A DNA stretch of 64,000 bases from a virus (lineage: Duplodnaviria; Caudoviricetes). Below, piece after piece: positions 12,401 through 20,706 of the stretch. The DNA lies in IMG/VR virus record IMGVR_UViG_3300033463_000004, positions 96,001-160,000 of that record, one strand, 5' to 3'. The position numbers and the translations under genes were made by a program. Below the pieces are notes generated by a model. The model did not search any database, was not told the DNA's origin, and saw only the letters and a program-made list of their open reading frames with translations. Within the stretch, counting starts at the first letter, position 1. Every line of letters starts with the position of its first letter.

Positions 12401-13978
12401 ACGGTCATCTTTACCAGAAGCATTTTTAACATATCCACCAACAATATTACTGACCATTTCATCGGTAATTTCGCCAATGTCATATGTAACAGTTGCAGTT
12501 TCAGCATATCGTTTTGCACGAGAATGTGAACTTGTTGCGCCTTGACGGATTGTACGAGCAAAGGCATCACGTGAATTACTGTCAGTCATCAATTTCGTTA
12601 TAATCAATTGAATGACTGATGTCCAATATGCACGACCGTGTTTGTTGTTGTCACCTTGTGTCAAATAATCAATTGCTTGATCATTGACTTCAGGCAATCC
12701 ACCATTTTCAAACATTTTTCCTTGTGTTGCACGACCAGATACACGCATCTCATGGAATATGTATAAAGATACAAGAACACGTTGTGCAATAAACACATCA
12801 TTCTTATCAATGTCAGAAGATGCTTGTTTCATCATTTCGTCTATTCGACGTGAATTAAAACCACTTTGAATTGTTGATGAAAATACATTTTGGAATTCAC
12901 GAGGACGTTCCGTCGACAAACTACCTTCGGATGATACATACAAATTCTCACCAGTTAACGCAGCAGTGATTCTTCTCAAATAGCCAGGAATAACATCAAT
13001 AATCGTTTTACGTGTCATATTATCAAAGACAGCTTTTTCACGATTGTATTGATTGTCGATATATGTTGAATAATCGCGATTTTTTTCACGTGCAGACAAA
13101 TCACCAAATAACTTTTTGAATTTATCCCAATCCAAAAGTTTTGATAATAAATTATTTTGTGCATTGTTTACACGTTCATCGATTGCATCACGAATTTCAT
13201 CAATTGAACGATTATCGAGAATTCGAAGTTTTTTATCCGCAGCCAAACCGGTCATCAAACCTGCTAAAGAACCAAAACCTTCCGCTTTATTACTTGATGC
13301 TTGGAATATCATCGGAAGCATCTCTGCACCAGTTTTCAACAAACTTAATTCAGTTTGATAAGGAAGATTTTGTTTCAAATAATTAATAGTATTCCCGAGT
13401 GTCAAATTTCCAGATGAATCGAATAATGATTGTTGACGTGCCCGTTCTTGTGTTGCAACTGTACTTAATTCGATTAATTTATCAAGTTTTCCGGAAATCG
13501 TTTGTAAAGATGAATTGATATTACCCAAAGATGATAAGATTTCCGATGAACGGGTATTCATCGTCGTAATGATTTCAGATGCAGTCATCGCAGAAGCTTC
13601 TGTTTGTTTACCTGCAATCTGATACATGGAGCTGACTTGACCTTTGGCAATATCCTTCATGCCATCATAATCAAGAACTTTTGACGACGATGTATCCGAG
13701 TCTCCATCATCAAAATTAAATCCGGCATCAAATTCATCATCATTATCATTTTCAAATGATGATTTCTCACCGAATTCAGATCCACGATGGAAGAACCAAT
13801 CTGTTACCTTTTTAAAACCAGATGAATTTCGAATCTCACGATATTTATCTTGAGCAGTCTTAGCACCACCCATCAATGTATCACGTATATTCTCTGCATC
13901 TGATTTCAAATCCGATAAAGATTCAGGAGCAACTGATGAAACAAAACCCTTCGTGAAATCAAGCATCAAATTTGCCAT
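6446..13978 (-). CDS. Giant tail-associated hydrolase / tape-measure-like protein, paralog A (~2510 aa) with C39-like peptidase, M23 peptidase and phage-tail-lysozyme-like domains
   Basis: Start moved to MANLMLDF at 13978 (RBS GAAAGGGGTG). Long helical and amphipathic tape-measure-like middle region; GCGPIALA...NNHF...VSNP (C39-like, ~9870-9420); HSGVD...HLYAHM...STGQHLHYE (M23, ~8660-8270); GLTGPEVAAI...WEDGG...GLMNW...QLQYI (tail-lysozyme-like, ~8170-7650). Confidence 0.8.
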   Translation of the reverse strand: MANLMLDFTKGFVSSVAPESLSDLKSDAENIRDTLMGGAKTAQDKYREIRNSSGFKKVTDWFFHRGSEFGEKSSFENDNDDEFDAGFNFDDGDSDTSSSKVLDYDGMKDIAKGQVSSMYQIAGKQTEASAMTASEIITTMNTRSSEILSSLGNINSSLQTISGKLDKLIELSTVATQERARQQSLFDSSGNLTLGNTINYLKQNLPYQTELSLLKTGAEMLPMIFQASSNKAEGFGSLAGLMTGLAADKKLRILDNRSIDEIRDAIDERVNNAQNNLLSKLLDWDKFKKLFGDLSAREKNRDYSTYIDNQYNREKAVFDNMTRKTIIDVIPGYLRRITAALTGENLYVSSEGSLSTERPREFQNVFSSTIQSGFNSRRIDEMMKQASSDIDKNDVFIAQRVLVSLYIFHEMRVSGRATQGKMFENGGLPEVNDQAIDYLTQGDNNKHGRAYWTSVIQLIITKLMTDSNSRDAFARTIRQGATSSHSRAKRYAETATVTYDIGEITDEMVSNIVGGYVKNASGKDDRTWNERAEAGEIKRSDIPKWVDPNSRASDEALKQARRERIKQSELIGNIGVTFRDVTASTVDYLASIFTILNRGVNVYAVRRRNKPYVPIELQKAQQNTPASPQSTLTHEQPTPIPSVQIPTISGEETDGDHQQPDMPSSGNPLSDTINSAKNFVMKPINKMKERLSTDMTSLKAMTIDSASIDYNRVMAQRTAAGLGDSEDDKNDKYIADSVLAAMNASVQDGDTKEDTGPLMQQISEIKNPKLKARLSKVVEGTLQRAENKKPAQSKLGKILTWGFGIVKGFILPKLQSAKTFITTLGKKLLSPIINSLRQSGQRILGGANAIKEGFFGSDESSGIFGRMRENKESRRLNGMLSDINETPTSTKQTLTTDVSASSLIDLGAPVLSDMGEGKDIKSGRDTEVLQEIKKIRGDINEQKEENKKGNAITRAMNNFVEKFKQTDFGKGFISAFEKKKSNKEMKPQTLSDQMTKSIVDILKSKDGTGSIFGTIVNKLAGIGDVVKEGIAKISGKSETISGTGSSMPSIGDDTSSQSTVSLADINENVSSQRQNVQMPATTDMTGGATGSAASAAAGAVKKGIGFDIGKILGGITGILGGLLQAVLTVVLSMKAVKSIMNLAMNVLKTALKPLNKAFQSLYKAIKPVMKTIQRVLTQLVGYVVEIVESVIKIIQPIIEAIGPLLEQMLTILKPILDMITDTINILVVPLTAIMQTVVVPILQGVGNSLQIITGILQVGLGTIITVLGWTLTGIGVLTSILGGTSLYEKGKAIAESGENLFKSGVDNVSSGLKSSIALATNTMNNLLGTNDSNEEPEEETKVQKRQEIIGTLNGSPMDGVYGNGDIRNIYGGAGANQNRYGNFMNMNSRGCGPIALADAYARRSGTSVNARGLTSAMASSGAYNPNMGTSVAGFMNTAGSMGMNLRAGGVTPASLKQASPRNPITVIGSGTDFTTRSGNNHFMNVIGSSGGTAFVSNPMNGRIERRSISSLAANSVAGLYGSGDVPRGAFNVYGSGDATYPYSFSDEVQEALQTLKDLVGGIIGIFTGEESTEAKLKNEQDKLKYDKVLTDLGDMTDEEKQKLEKEAFELFKQENPKYKGETNAEYEKRFKKTTTYNHYITVAGTKRLEDAAKKAAGYTDETLPGFIKKNLGEFDSETGERKGGLFDSLTEGMKKHNDSVSQGMFFSKLQDMIGDYWDDDEDAGFYSDNGARLYTDEYQPSVFENDATGWTSTAVPNTVMGEWMDKMLLGTMMSSPFRWRGRPVDKDAEGTNDGRAHSGVDFTLGGDIPILSTTDGVVIGTAKTSYGDGYGTYVKIQDEGGDIHLYAHMREDPGPLVKVGDYVYGGDQLGIMGSTGESTGQHLHYEIRDGDTGEILNPHAFFKWHEGSRSNAPYGEIEYEGDLEAGDIWSFHKNKTGVSKFMQTAFDAGLTGPEVAAITSMGIWEDGGDKLWGDKSLLNVTYDSNSQQAVGLMNWVDTSVDYGDTVEKQLQYIQRTYFDEDTKDGRALVSHNQYDDADLRAYMAATGRDGWALDFGDRYGPYMNKEDLIEGSEHWYRTALVPAVIHQMEGPRKYIGTAVGVYNWLLDEGYIDEGGRRSNIRYNTSSTISTSPTSLTESEGFGATVPAAATSAQSSYTTLSDKTDGTPYRYSTTITGRTGTAYNKANQKLFDYYVPTGNATADAQAFTNKHKYVERQANLGSGKFMKIYVDTDSYYKTHAGENARSFINGEQQLKNSSSSTAQQSSVITTGTSDVDLRKIWQAIYTNYSNSYANKLSRGDMANDFNNNAYHNGYKLYYDTSDGNVYFKNNKSAGRIRVNKDGSIYWPDVSSAQVNNGINVINNSSTTGTTTYTETNDHSRRQSYVDMLNNKGNGDVSSVFIPSTNYGGGFDQGLSSLFSMDQIEQQAYPTVVNNYAVDHTGDAVIDMLMSNTYNIRSEEIESLLAGMLKLMKERKKRGQTASTTGRTSKQSNEAAFPDQGIPRQVERLSVG

Positions 13979-14012
13979 ATCAACTTCACCCCTTTCAATA
14001 TATAATAATACC

Positions 14013-14046
14013 AAAAGATGGGTGTGGGCCTAAGAGCCCACACATC
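14013..14046 (-). terminator. Rho-independent terminator
   Basis: GTGTGGGC/GCCCACAC stem followed by TTTT on the minus strand, just after the 14069 stop. Confidence 0.6.
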
Positions 14047-14068
14047 ATCTCTCAGTTTGTTTTCATAA

Positions 14069-14827
14069 TCAGAAGAACGTGATCCAATCAATTTCATCGA
14101 AATGAAATGTATTGGTCCACTTTTCAACCAATTGATTTCTCGCATCTTCTGCTCCAGACCAGTCATCAATGCGAAGTTGAATTTCTTTGAATGCAGACCC
14201 CACTTGATTCATGTTTTTCAACATGCTGTACAATGTTCTCTTGACATCTAATGTCGCTAATTCAATAAATGATTCACGACATGATTCTGGAATTGTTTCC
14301 AACGATGGATCATGATCGCATTTTACAACAAAATGAACCAATGCATCAGCAGGATAATCAAACAACCGGATCTTGTTAAAACCCAACCATTCAGAAGTCT
14401 GTGGTCGAGAAGTAACACCCGCATATTTATTAATAGCAGCTCCAGTTTGTGTTGCATTCAAAATATCTTGTGGATAGTATGAACCAAATCCAACAAATGG
14501 AGATCCAACTGTAAATGAATTGGTTGCGACAACATCACTGCTTAATTGCGATGATGCAATACATGCTTCTGCATATTGCACCGGAGTACGTGTTAAATCA
14601 CCAGGTAATACATAGATTCCCAGTTTCTTCGACATATCATCCGGAGATCGGAGATTCTTGATGGTTTCATAACCTTCTCGAATCCATGGTTTGAATTGAG
14701 AGAAGGTGCGAACAGATGTTTTGATAATATCTCTCAGCACGTTCTCAGTAGGTTGATCAAACGGCAAAGCAATTGTCTCCAATCCCAATGTCATTTTGAT
14801 ATCACCAATTACATCGGAAATATTCAA
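14069..14827 (-). CDS. Putative neck/head-tail connector protein (T4 gp13-like)
   Basis: 252 aa; N-terminal IKMTLG...DII...F and C-terminal LATLDVK..LY..LK...AE..R.QL.E.W pattern resembles gp13-type neck proteins; lies in the structural block. Confidence 0.45.
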   Translation of the reverse strand: MNISDVIGDIKMTLGLETIALPFDQPTENVLRDIIKTSVRTFSQFKPWIREGYETIKNLRSPDDMSKKLGIYVLPGDLTRTPVQYAEACIASSQLSSDVVATNSFTVGSPFVGFGSYYPQDILNATQTGAAINKYAGVTSRPQTSEWLGFNKIRLFDYPADALVHFVVKCDHDPSLETIPESCRESFIELATLDVKRTLYSMLKNMNQVGSAFKEIQLRIDDWSGAEDARNQLVEKWTNTFHFDEIDWITFF

Positions 14828-14849
14828 TCGTCACACCTTCTCTTATTCG

Positions 14850-15041
14850 TTAATCAACGCCAGGTCTTGCAAAGATATCACTGGCGGTTGGCGGTACGGG
14901 ATTATTTTCCTGAACAGAATCAACCATGTTACCACCATTCGTTGCACACGACGAACACCACTGATCAAACAGAGTGTTCGTCGTTTCTGCAAACGTTTTG
15001 CATGCATTACATGCTTCTTGATTGAATTGGAAAGTATCCAT
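14850..15041 (-). CDS. Small Cys-rich protein (two CxxC) with QE motifs
   Basis: 63 aa filling the gap between co-oriented genes; ACNAC and WCSSC; FNQEA and SVQEN motifs as in neighbouring head proteins. Confidence 0.5.
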   Translation of the reverse strand: MDTFQFNQEACNACKTFAETTNTLFDQWCSSCATNGGNMVDSVQENNPVPPTASDIFARPGVD

Positions 15042-15043
15042 AA

Positions 15044-16159
15044 TTAGTCCTGGCCACCAGGAATGAACTTGTTCTCTTCATCCTCGTAGTCAATGTCACT
15101 CTGAGTCTGATCGAGCTGAGCTTTCTTAGCAGCACGTTGCTTAGTGATGCAGTCGTCCATAGCCTTCTTGAGATCGGTGGACTTCTTCAACCACTTGTTC
15201 ACCTCTGCCATGATACTATTAGCAGTATTGATGAACTTGGTAAAGCTTTCTGCCTGTGCATTTGCTTCCCACTTTGCTTTCTTATCAGGATTTGCAGCCT
15301 GATTGTACTGATACTGTGTTTCATACACAGAATCCTTGTACGAATCAAAGTATGCACGAGCCTTATCGATACGGGACTCAATATTCTTGAGGCGCTCATC
15401 GCTCTCCTGCCAAATCTGATGAATTTCCGGATAAGGCACAGTCCTATTGTCTTTAGACCGATTGTCAATATTCATCTTCTTCAGCTTTTCAACAGCCGAC
15501 TGACACGCAGCAATCGTCTTGTGAGACGTGTTGTCCTTGTTCTGGTACTCCTGAGAAGCCTTCTCATACATACCGGCAATCTCTTCAAGATTCTTTGCAA
15601 CAATCACGAGACCACGTACCGGGAAACTGATTGCAAACTCGACCATGACGTCATTCAATGACACATAGTCGTTGTGATAATCCGAAACCTTACCGCTCTT
15701 GATTTCTTCAACAATTTCACGACCCTTTTCGGTCTTAGGAATAAGCTTACCTCCATTGCCACCAATGTTTGCAAGCTCGTACTTTGTGAAACCCTTGCGT
15801 TTGAAGAGCTTTTTGAACGCTCCACCGATAGCTTCACGGATTCTTCTGACAGCTGATTTGATCCATCCGAGAATCTTGGACAAGATGCCCTGTTTGGTCT
15901 TGTACTTCTTGCTGGGCTTTCCGACAGACGAATATGTTCCATCTTTTTCAGATGTCACGGTCTCGATACCCTTTTCACCCTTGTACTCCTGAACGATTTC
16001 ATATCCGTCAAAATCAAGACCAGTTGATGCTTCTTGGATCATGGCAGACTTCATGTATGTTGCTGCAAGAGCTGAAAGAACTTCATACTCAGCGAACAGT
16101 TGAGCGTCATCGATAGATTCGATACTGTCAAGTACAGCTTCCTGAATCATTTCATTCAT
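15044..16159 (-). CDS. Putative internal head protein, paralog family member 1
   Basis: RBS AAAGGAG; acidic N-terminus ending YEIVQE, then basic amphipathic helix ILSKILGWIKSAVRRIRE; related to the 24098 and 36202 genes; biased codon usage. Confidence 0.65.
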   Translation of the reverse strand: MNEMIQEAVLDSIESIDDAQLFAEYEVLSALAATYMKSAMIQEASTGLDFDGYEIVQEYKGEKGIETVTSEKDGTYSSVGKPSKKYKTKQGILSKILGWIKSAVRRIREAIGGAFKKLFKRKGFTKYELANIGGNGGKLIPKTEKGREIVEEIKSGKVSDYHNDYVSLNDVMVEFAISFPVRGLVIVAKNLEEIAGMYEKASQEYQNKDNTSHKTIAACQSAVEKLKKMNIDNRSKDNRTVPYPEIHQIWQESDERLKNIESRIDKARAYFDSYKDSVYETQYQYNQAANPDKKAKWEANAQAESFTKFINTANSIMAEVNKWLKKSTDLKKAMDDCITKQRAAKKAQLDQTQSDIDYEDEENKFIPGGQD

Positions 16160-16177
16160 GATATTACACTCCTTTAC

Positions 16178-16756
16178 TTATTTTGGATATTGATCGAGTC
16201 GATGCATCACGGGTGTATTCACATCCCAGAAGTTGACACGATCTTTGATTGGTGCGCATTTCGGATTGACTTTCGAAGATTTCGTAGCCAACCAGAGATA
16301 CAGTTGCATGTCATCACGATATACTTTTGCCAGTTTGTTATACTGGTTACGTGACATCGTGACCAATGATTCGGATTCCAAATCAGGATGTTTCTCCATC
16401 ATTGTTTCCATAACCATCTTAAGACGTTGTGTTCCTTGAATGAATGACTCATTCACAGTATTCATATCAGCCATCGTGATCTGATGACGATAAGGATCAT
16501 TAACGCCAGAATTTGCAAACATTGTATCATAGTATTTCTTGGTGGATGTAATGACTTTGCCATCATAATCGGTTTTGCCTTCATCCTTATAGGAAATATA
16601 ACCTTCCAAGAATGCGCACATTTCTTGAAGGATTTTCCCATAATCCATTGACGTGTATAATACATCGTCAGCCGGACGGACATTCGGAACTGTTTTGGCA
16701 ACGTCTTCGAACATCGTCCGATATTCACAGATGATTTGTTCAATTTCTCGTGCCAT
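16178..16756 (-). CDS. Hypothetical protein (structural block)
   Basis: Likely start MAREIEQ at 16756, overlapping the upstream stop (TAATG coupling); 192 aa. Confidence 0.7.
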   Translation of the reverse strand: MAREIEQIICEYRTMFEDVAKTVPNVRPADDVLYTSMDYGKILQEMCAFLEGYISYKDEGKTDYDGKVITSTKKYYDTMFANSGVNDPYRHQITMADMNTVNESFIQGTQRLKMVMETMMEKHPDLESESLVTMSRNQYNKLAKVYRDDMQLYLWLATKSSKVNPKCAPIKDRVNFWDVNTPVMHRLDQYPK

Positions 16757-17751
16757 TATCCTCGCCATCCTTCCGGCAGTGTGACATTCTGCTTCCAAAT
16801 ACCTTGTGAACGATTGATAGGTTTAACTTTCAGAATCTGAGACAGTAACTTATTCAAGTCGCTTTGCATTTGTTCAAGATATTGTCTTGTATGCGGAACA
16901 ATGTAACGATCATCCCGCGTATCAATGCAGTTCAGATAGAAGTCAACAAGTTCAATTTTTGAACAAGTATAACCTGCCAACATTGCTTGATCATTGGAAT
17001 CTTGAATGGCATTCAATTCGACAGTGATATATGCAATAACATCGCGAGGAATCGGTTTCAGTTTCTTCGGACGACGTGCAAAGAAAGCTTCTTGTTCGAA
17101 GTGTTCTTCTTCATCCTTTTCATCATCGTCATCTTCTTCAATGTCATCATCGTCGATGGTTTCCTCATCACTCAATTTCTTAATGTCTTCAACTTCATGT
17201 TTTGAATCATGAATATCATCTTTCAAGTCATTTGGTAATGAAGAATGATCCTTGATGTCAAGATAATGATCAGCAAGTTTCTCAACTTCAGCATCAGGTT
17301 CTTTCAACTGATCAATGAAGTTTTGTCCATTGGTAACATCACCAATAGAAATCTCCAAAGTACCATCATCAGACATTCGACCAATAATACCGGTCAATAC
17401 AATCTTCAGGTGTTTTGGAGTATCAACACCACAACGTGTCATTACACGATTTGGTGTATTGGTCATCATTACATAAGATGCATGATTATCCAAAGATTCA
17501 GCATCATCGAAAATTGTTCCTTTTGCAATTGCATCAGCAACAGATTCTAACTGAATCTCGGTAGCATCTTCAGGATAGATCAGATGAATATGATCTTCAT
17601 TCGTAAATGCACGAATTGTCGATCCTTTATATGAAGAAACAATCACATTCCGTTTACGTCCTGGATGTTTAATCTTAGCATATTCAGTTATGGCTTCAAG
17701 CTTTCCATTTTTCAGAAATGCTTTAACCATGTCACTACCAAAACCATTCAT
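16756..17751 (-). CDS. Hypothetical virion protein with acidic tract and FEQEA putative cleavage site
   Basis: Start moved to MNGFGSD at 17751 (RBS AAAGGTGG); long D/E tract followed by FEQEAFF and a basic C-terminal domain. Confidence 0.65.
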   Translation of the reverse strand: MNGFGSDMVKAFLKNGKLEAITEYAKIKHPGRKRNVIVSSYKGSTIRAFTNEDHIHLIYPEDATEIQLESVADAIAKGTIFDDAESLDNHASYVMMTNTPNRVMTRCGVDTPKHLKIVLTGIIGRMSDDGTLEISIGDVTNGQNFIDQLKEPDAEVEKLADHYLDIKDHSSLPNDLKDDIHDSKHEVEDIKKLSDEETIDDDDIEEDDDDEKDEEEHFEQEAFFARRPKKLKPIPRDVIAYITVELNAIQDSNDQAMLAGYTCSKIELVDFYLNCIDTRDDRYIVPHTRQYLEQMQSDLNKLLSQILKVKPINRSQGIWKQNVTLPEGWRG

Positions 17752-17799
17752 TAGCAAAATCACACCACCTTTCTTATTAAATTTTTGGAGGTAATCAAT

Positions 17800-18303
17800 A
17801 TGACCATTCATATCGACGCATTCACAGCGTACATTATCATCGGTATTTTCGCAATGATTACAATTGTATTCTGTACAACAATGATCATTGTATGTAGAAG
17901 ATTATCACATGTTCGTCGTCAGCTTGAAGATACAAATCGTTTATTGTACTTCAATCTGAAATCAAATATAGATAATCAATACAGAAACCAAGAAATCATG
18001 GAAGAATTAGATGAAGTTCGTACGAATGTAAATACATTATCATCTGGATTGCAAATTAAACTTCAGAAAGAAGAAGAACAAGCAAAGAGAAAGAAATTCC
18101 CAAAACCAGATGAGGTATCTCAAATCATGGATACAATTTCCGATTTATTATCCATTGAGACAATCAAACGATCGAATCAGAAAGTTCCAATCGCAGGCGC
18201 TCTACCTGATATAACGGAACGTGCGATACGAACGTATCCGGAAATATCAGAAGAATATATCATCGATAAATGTATTGTAATGATTGAAGATTATGTGAAA
18301 TAA
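17800..18303 (+). CDS. Membrane-anchored hypothetical protein
   Basis: ATG at 17800 with RBS GGAGGT; one N-terminal TM helix (AYIIIGIFAMITIVFCTTMIIVC) followed by a coiled coil. Confidence 0.7.
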   Translation: MTIHIDAFTAYIIIGIFAMITIVFCTTMIIVCRRLSHVRRQLEDTNRLLYFNLKSNIDNQYRNQEIMEELDEVRTNVNTLSSGLQIKLQKEEEQAKRKKFPKPDEVSQIMDTISDLLSIETIKRSNQKVPIAGALPDITERAIRTYPEISEEYIIDKCIVMIEDYVK

Positions 18304-18309
18304 TATGAT

Positions 18310-18337
18310 TGATGGCGGGGGTTAACCCCCGCCATCA
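18310..18337. terminator. Bidirectional terminator (perfect 28-bp palindrome)
   Basis: TGATGGCGGGGG-TTAA-CCCCCGCCATCA between convergent stops at 18303 and 18369. Confidence 0.8.
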
Positions 18338-18368
18338 TCACATCAGGCGTTTTGATTATGCCGCGCAA

Positions 18369-20642
18369 TTAAGCGTTCTTGGTGTAGTAGGTGTTAGCTG
18401 CCCATGTCGGTGCAACACCAGTAACCGCAGTGCGCTCACCCTCTTCGGTGGTAGCGACATAGTAGGTGCTGTAGGTGGTATCCCAATCAGCCGGCTTGGT
18501 CTGAATTGCTTCGCCACCGGTTGCAGCTGTGAAGTAGAACTTCGTGGTGTCGAACTCAGGAGCAACTGCGGTAACAGCCTCCATTGCAGTACCAGCCGCA
18601 TTCACCTTCCAGTAGTTGCCGTAAGTCGTTGCCCAGTTTGCCGGCTCCTCAGTAGTCACAGTGTAACCCTCGGTCGGATCAACCGGAGGAGTCGGGGTAT
18701 CGCCACCAGAAACCAGACCAGCGTTAGAATCTGGAACAAGAACAGTGTTCTTGCAGATCAGGCGAGCCTGAATACCCTGGATTGCGATGGTACGATACTG
18801 CGAAGATGTGGTAACGAGAACAGCTGCGCCGCCAGGATTCTGAGCGTCTGCATATGCTGCGTTCTCCGGAGAGTTGGTCAGGTGACGAGCGAAACGGAGG
18901 TGCTTGTAGGAGATGTGGAACTTATCCATCGGATAAGCGACGATCTTGTAGAAGTACTCACGAGACACATCACCTTCCTGTGCGCCATCCTGGTACGGTT
19001 CGATGTTGATGTAAGCATCGACACGGTTGGAAGCGACAACACGGATCGGAATATCGGTATCGGTCAGAACACCGAATGCATGGTTCATCAGAACGCCACC
19101 AATCTCAGTGGACTTCTTGACAGTCCAGGTGACGAACTTCTGCAGCAGACGAGCAGCCTTCGGGTTTGCATAGACGACAAATCCGAGGTTGTCGAGCTTA
19201 CCACGATCACACAGCTCATAGATCAGAGATGCGATACCGTTGTGGATGATGTTGGTTCTGTACTCGAACGGATCACCAGCAAAGCTCGGAGAGATTGCAG
19301 TCGGATCAAGATCGACGTACTCAGTAGCAGTGTAGCTCTCGAGAGCCCAGATGTCAGACTCTGCGCCGTCATACTTATTGAACTCTTCATCCAGGAACTG
19401 GAGAATGTACTCATCCTCGAACATTTCCTGTGCAGTGATGAGCTCCTGAACCAGTCTGTTGTACAGGTTGAAGTTCAGTGAAGAGTTAGCCTCAGCAAAG
19501 TCTTCAACGGTGAACGGAAGCTGGAAGCGAACGCCGTCAGCGATCTGGAACTTACGGATTTCCGGATACTCACGGAAGCCGATGGTTCTCAGGTTGGTCT
19601 CATTGGAAACGTGACCGCTTACATAGATACCAGTGATCGAACCACAGGAAGTAGCAGTGATCGTACCCTTGATGAAGTCGATAACACCAGAGAGACGATC
19701 TGCGACACCAGTAACAACCTCACCAGTGGTCTTACCGTTCTCATCGACAACAGCAAGCTTCATGTCGGAGGTAATACCACCATTCAGGAAGACACCACCG
19801 GTCTGGATATCGATCTGGATTCCACCATGCGGCAGACGAACCTTCTTACCATCGATCTGAACGTACTGAATACCGAAATCATAGGAGATACGGGTACGAA
19901 CATTCGGGGTGATGGTAGTCGGCTGATCGTCATCACCAAGCAGCCAATTGAAGAGAGAATACTTCTTGTTGGTTGCAGCCTGGATAGTAGACAGAGTCAG
20001 AACGTCCTTATCATTCAGACGCAGACCCTTACCAGCATTCCACAGCTTCTTCCACAGTGGCTGACCATTGTCATCCTTCTGGAAGTAGATTGCCGGGGTC
20101 TCATACTCCTCACCAGTCTGGTTGTTAACCAGATACTTGATGAAGATACGCTGCTCGATGTTCACCGAAGAAGCGGTCTGAACAGGAATGATATCCTTAC
20201 CGAGGAAGCGGATGTACTGCTTAATCAAAGCCGGGAAGTCAAGAGTAGACAACGGCAGATAGTTTGAAACGTTGTAAGACTCCTGAACCATGAAGGACTT
20301 GACAGAAGTATCCCAAGCCTCTTCAAGTTGACTTGCAACAGACTCGAGATGGAACTTCTCAGAAGAATCCGCCTCTGATGCAGTATTTCTCAGCTCGTCA
20401 AGGATCGGATCGAGGAGCAGAGTTTTATACTCCATCATCACGTTCTTATCTTCGAGCATCTTCTTGACGTCTTTCATGACATTGACGCCCATACGACTCT
20501 GCATCGTTCCAACAGTATCTTCCAATCTGTTGTCAAATGTGTCGCGGAGACCCATCAGTTCGGATTCAGATGCGCCATTGACGAGGCTCTGCTGTTCCTG
20601 GAACCATGAGTTGTGGGTACCAGCATTACGACTGAATGCCAT
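18369..20642 (-). CDS. Major capsid protein (T4 gp23/HK97-fold-like) with a C-terminal repeat extension
   Basis: Very strong codon bias; RBS AAGGAG; ~120-aa propeptide ending MVQE-S; FPALIKQYIRFLGKDIIPVQTAS and FTVEDFAEA...ELITAQEMFEDEYILQFL resemble gp23 motifs; located in a block with a gp21-like protease. Confidence 0.8.
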   Translation of the reverse strand: MAFSRNAGTHNSWFQEQQSLVNGASESELMGLRDTFDNRLEDTVGTMQSRMGVNVMKDVKKMLEDKNVMMEYKTLLLDPILDELRNTASEADSSEKFHLESVASQLEEAWDTSVKSFMVQESYNVSNYLPLSTLDFPALIKQYIRFLGKDIIPVQTASSVNIEQRIFIKYLVNNQTGEEYETPAIYFQKDDNGQPLWKKLWNAGKGLRLNDKDVLTLSTIQAATNKKYSLFNWLLGDDDQPTTITPNVRTRISYDFGIQYVQIDGKKVRLPHGGIQIDIQTGGVFLNGGITSDMKLAVVDENGKTTGEVVTGVADRLSGVIDFIKGTITATSCGSITGIYVSGHVSNETNLRTIGFREYPEIRKFQIADGVRFQLPFTVEDFAEANSSLNFNLYNRLVQELITAQEMFEDEYILQFLDEEFNKYDGAESDIWALESYTATEYVDLDPTAISPSFAGDPFEYRTNIIHNGIASLIYELCDRGKLDNLGFVVYANPKAARLLQKFVTWTVKKSTEIGGVLMNHAFGVLTDTDIPIRVVASNRVDAYINIEPYQDGAQEGDVSREYFYKIVAYPMDKFHISYKHLRFARHLTNSPENAAYADAQNPGGAAVLVTTSSQYRTIAIQGIQARLICKNTVLVPDSNAGLVSGGDTPTPPVDPTEGYTVTTEEPANWATTYGNYWKVNAAGTAMEAVTAVAPEFDTTKFYFTAATGGEAIQTKPADWDTTYSTYYVATTEEGERTAVTGVAPTWAANTYYTKNA

Positions 20643-20706
20643 ATAGAAACACTCCTTTTTTATTATTTTATTTGATGCTATGCATCATGGACATGTGTAA
20701 ACCAAG

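Noticed and set aside
18309-20267. Long plus-strand ORFs (390 and 218 aa) antisense to the MCP
   Set aside because: Expected shadow of the strong codon bias in the MCP; no RBS, the first starts inside the terminator, and the translation is not protein-like.
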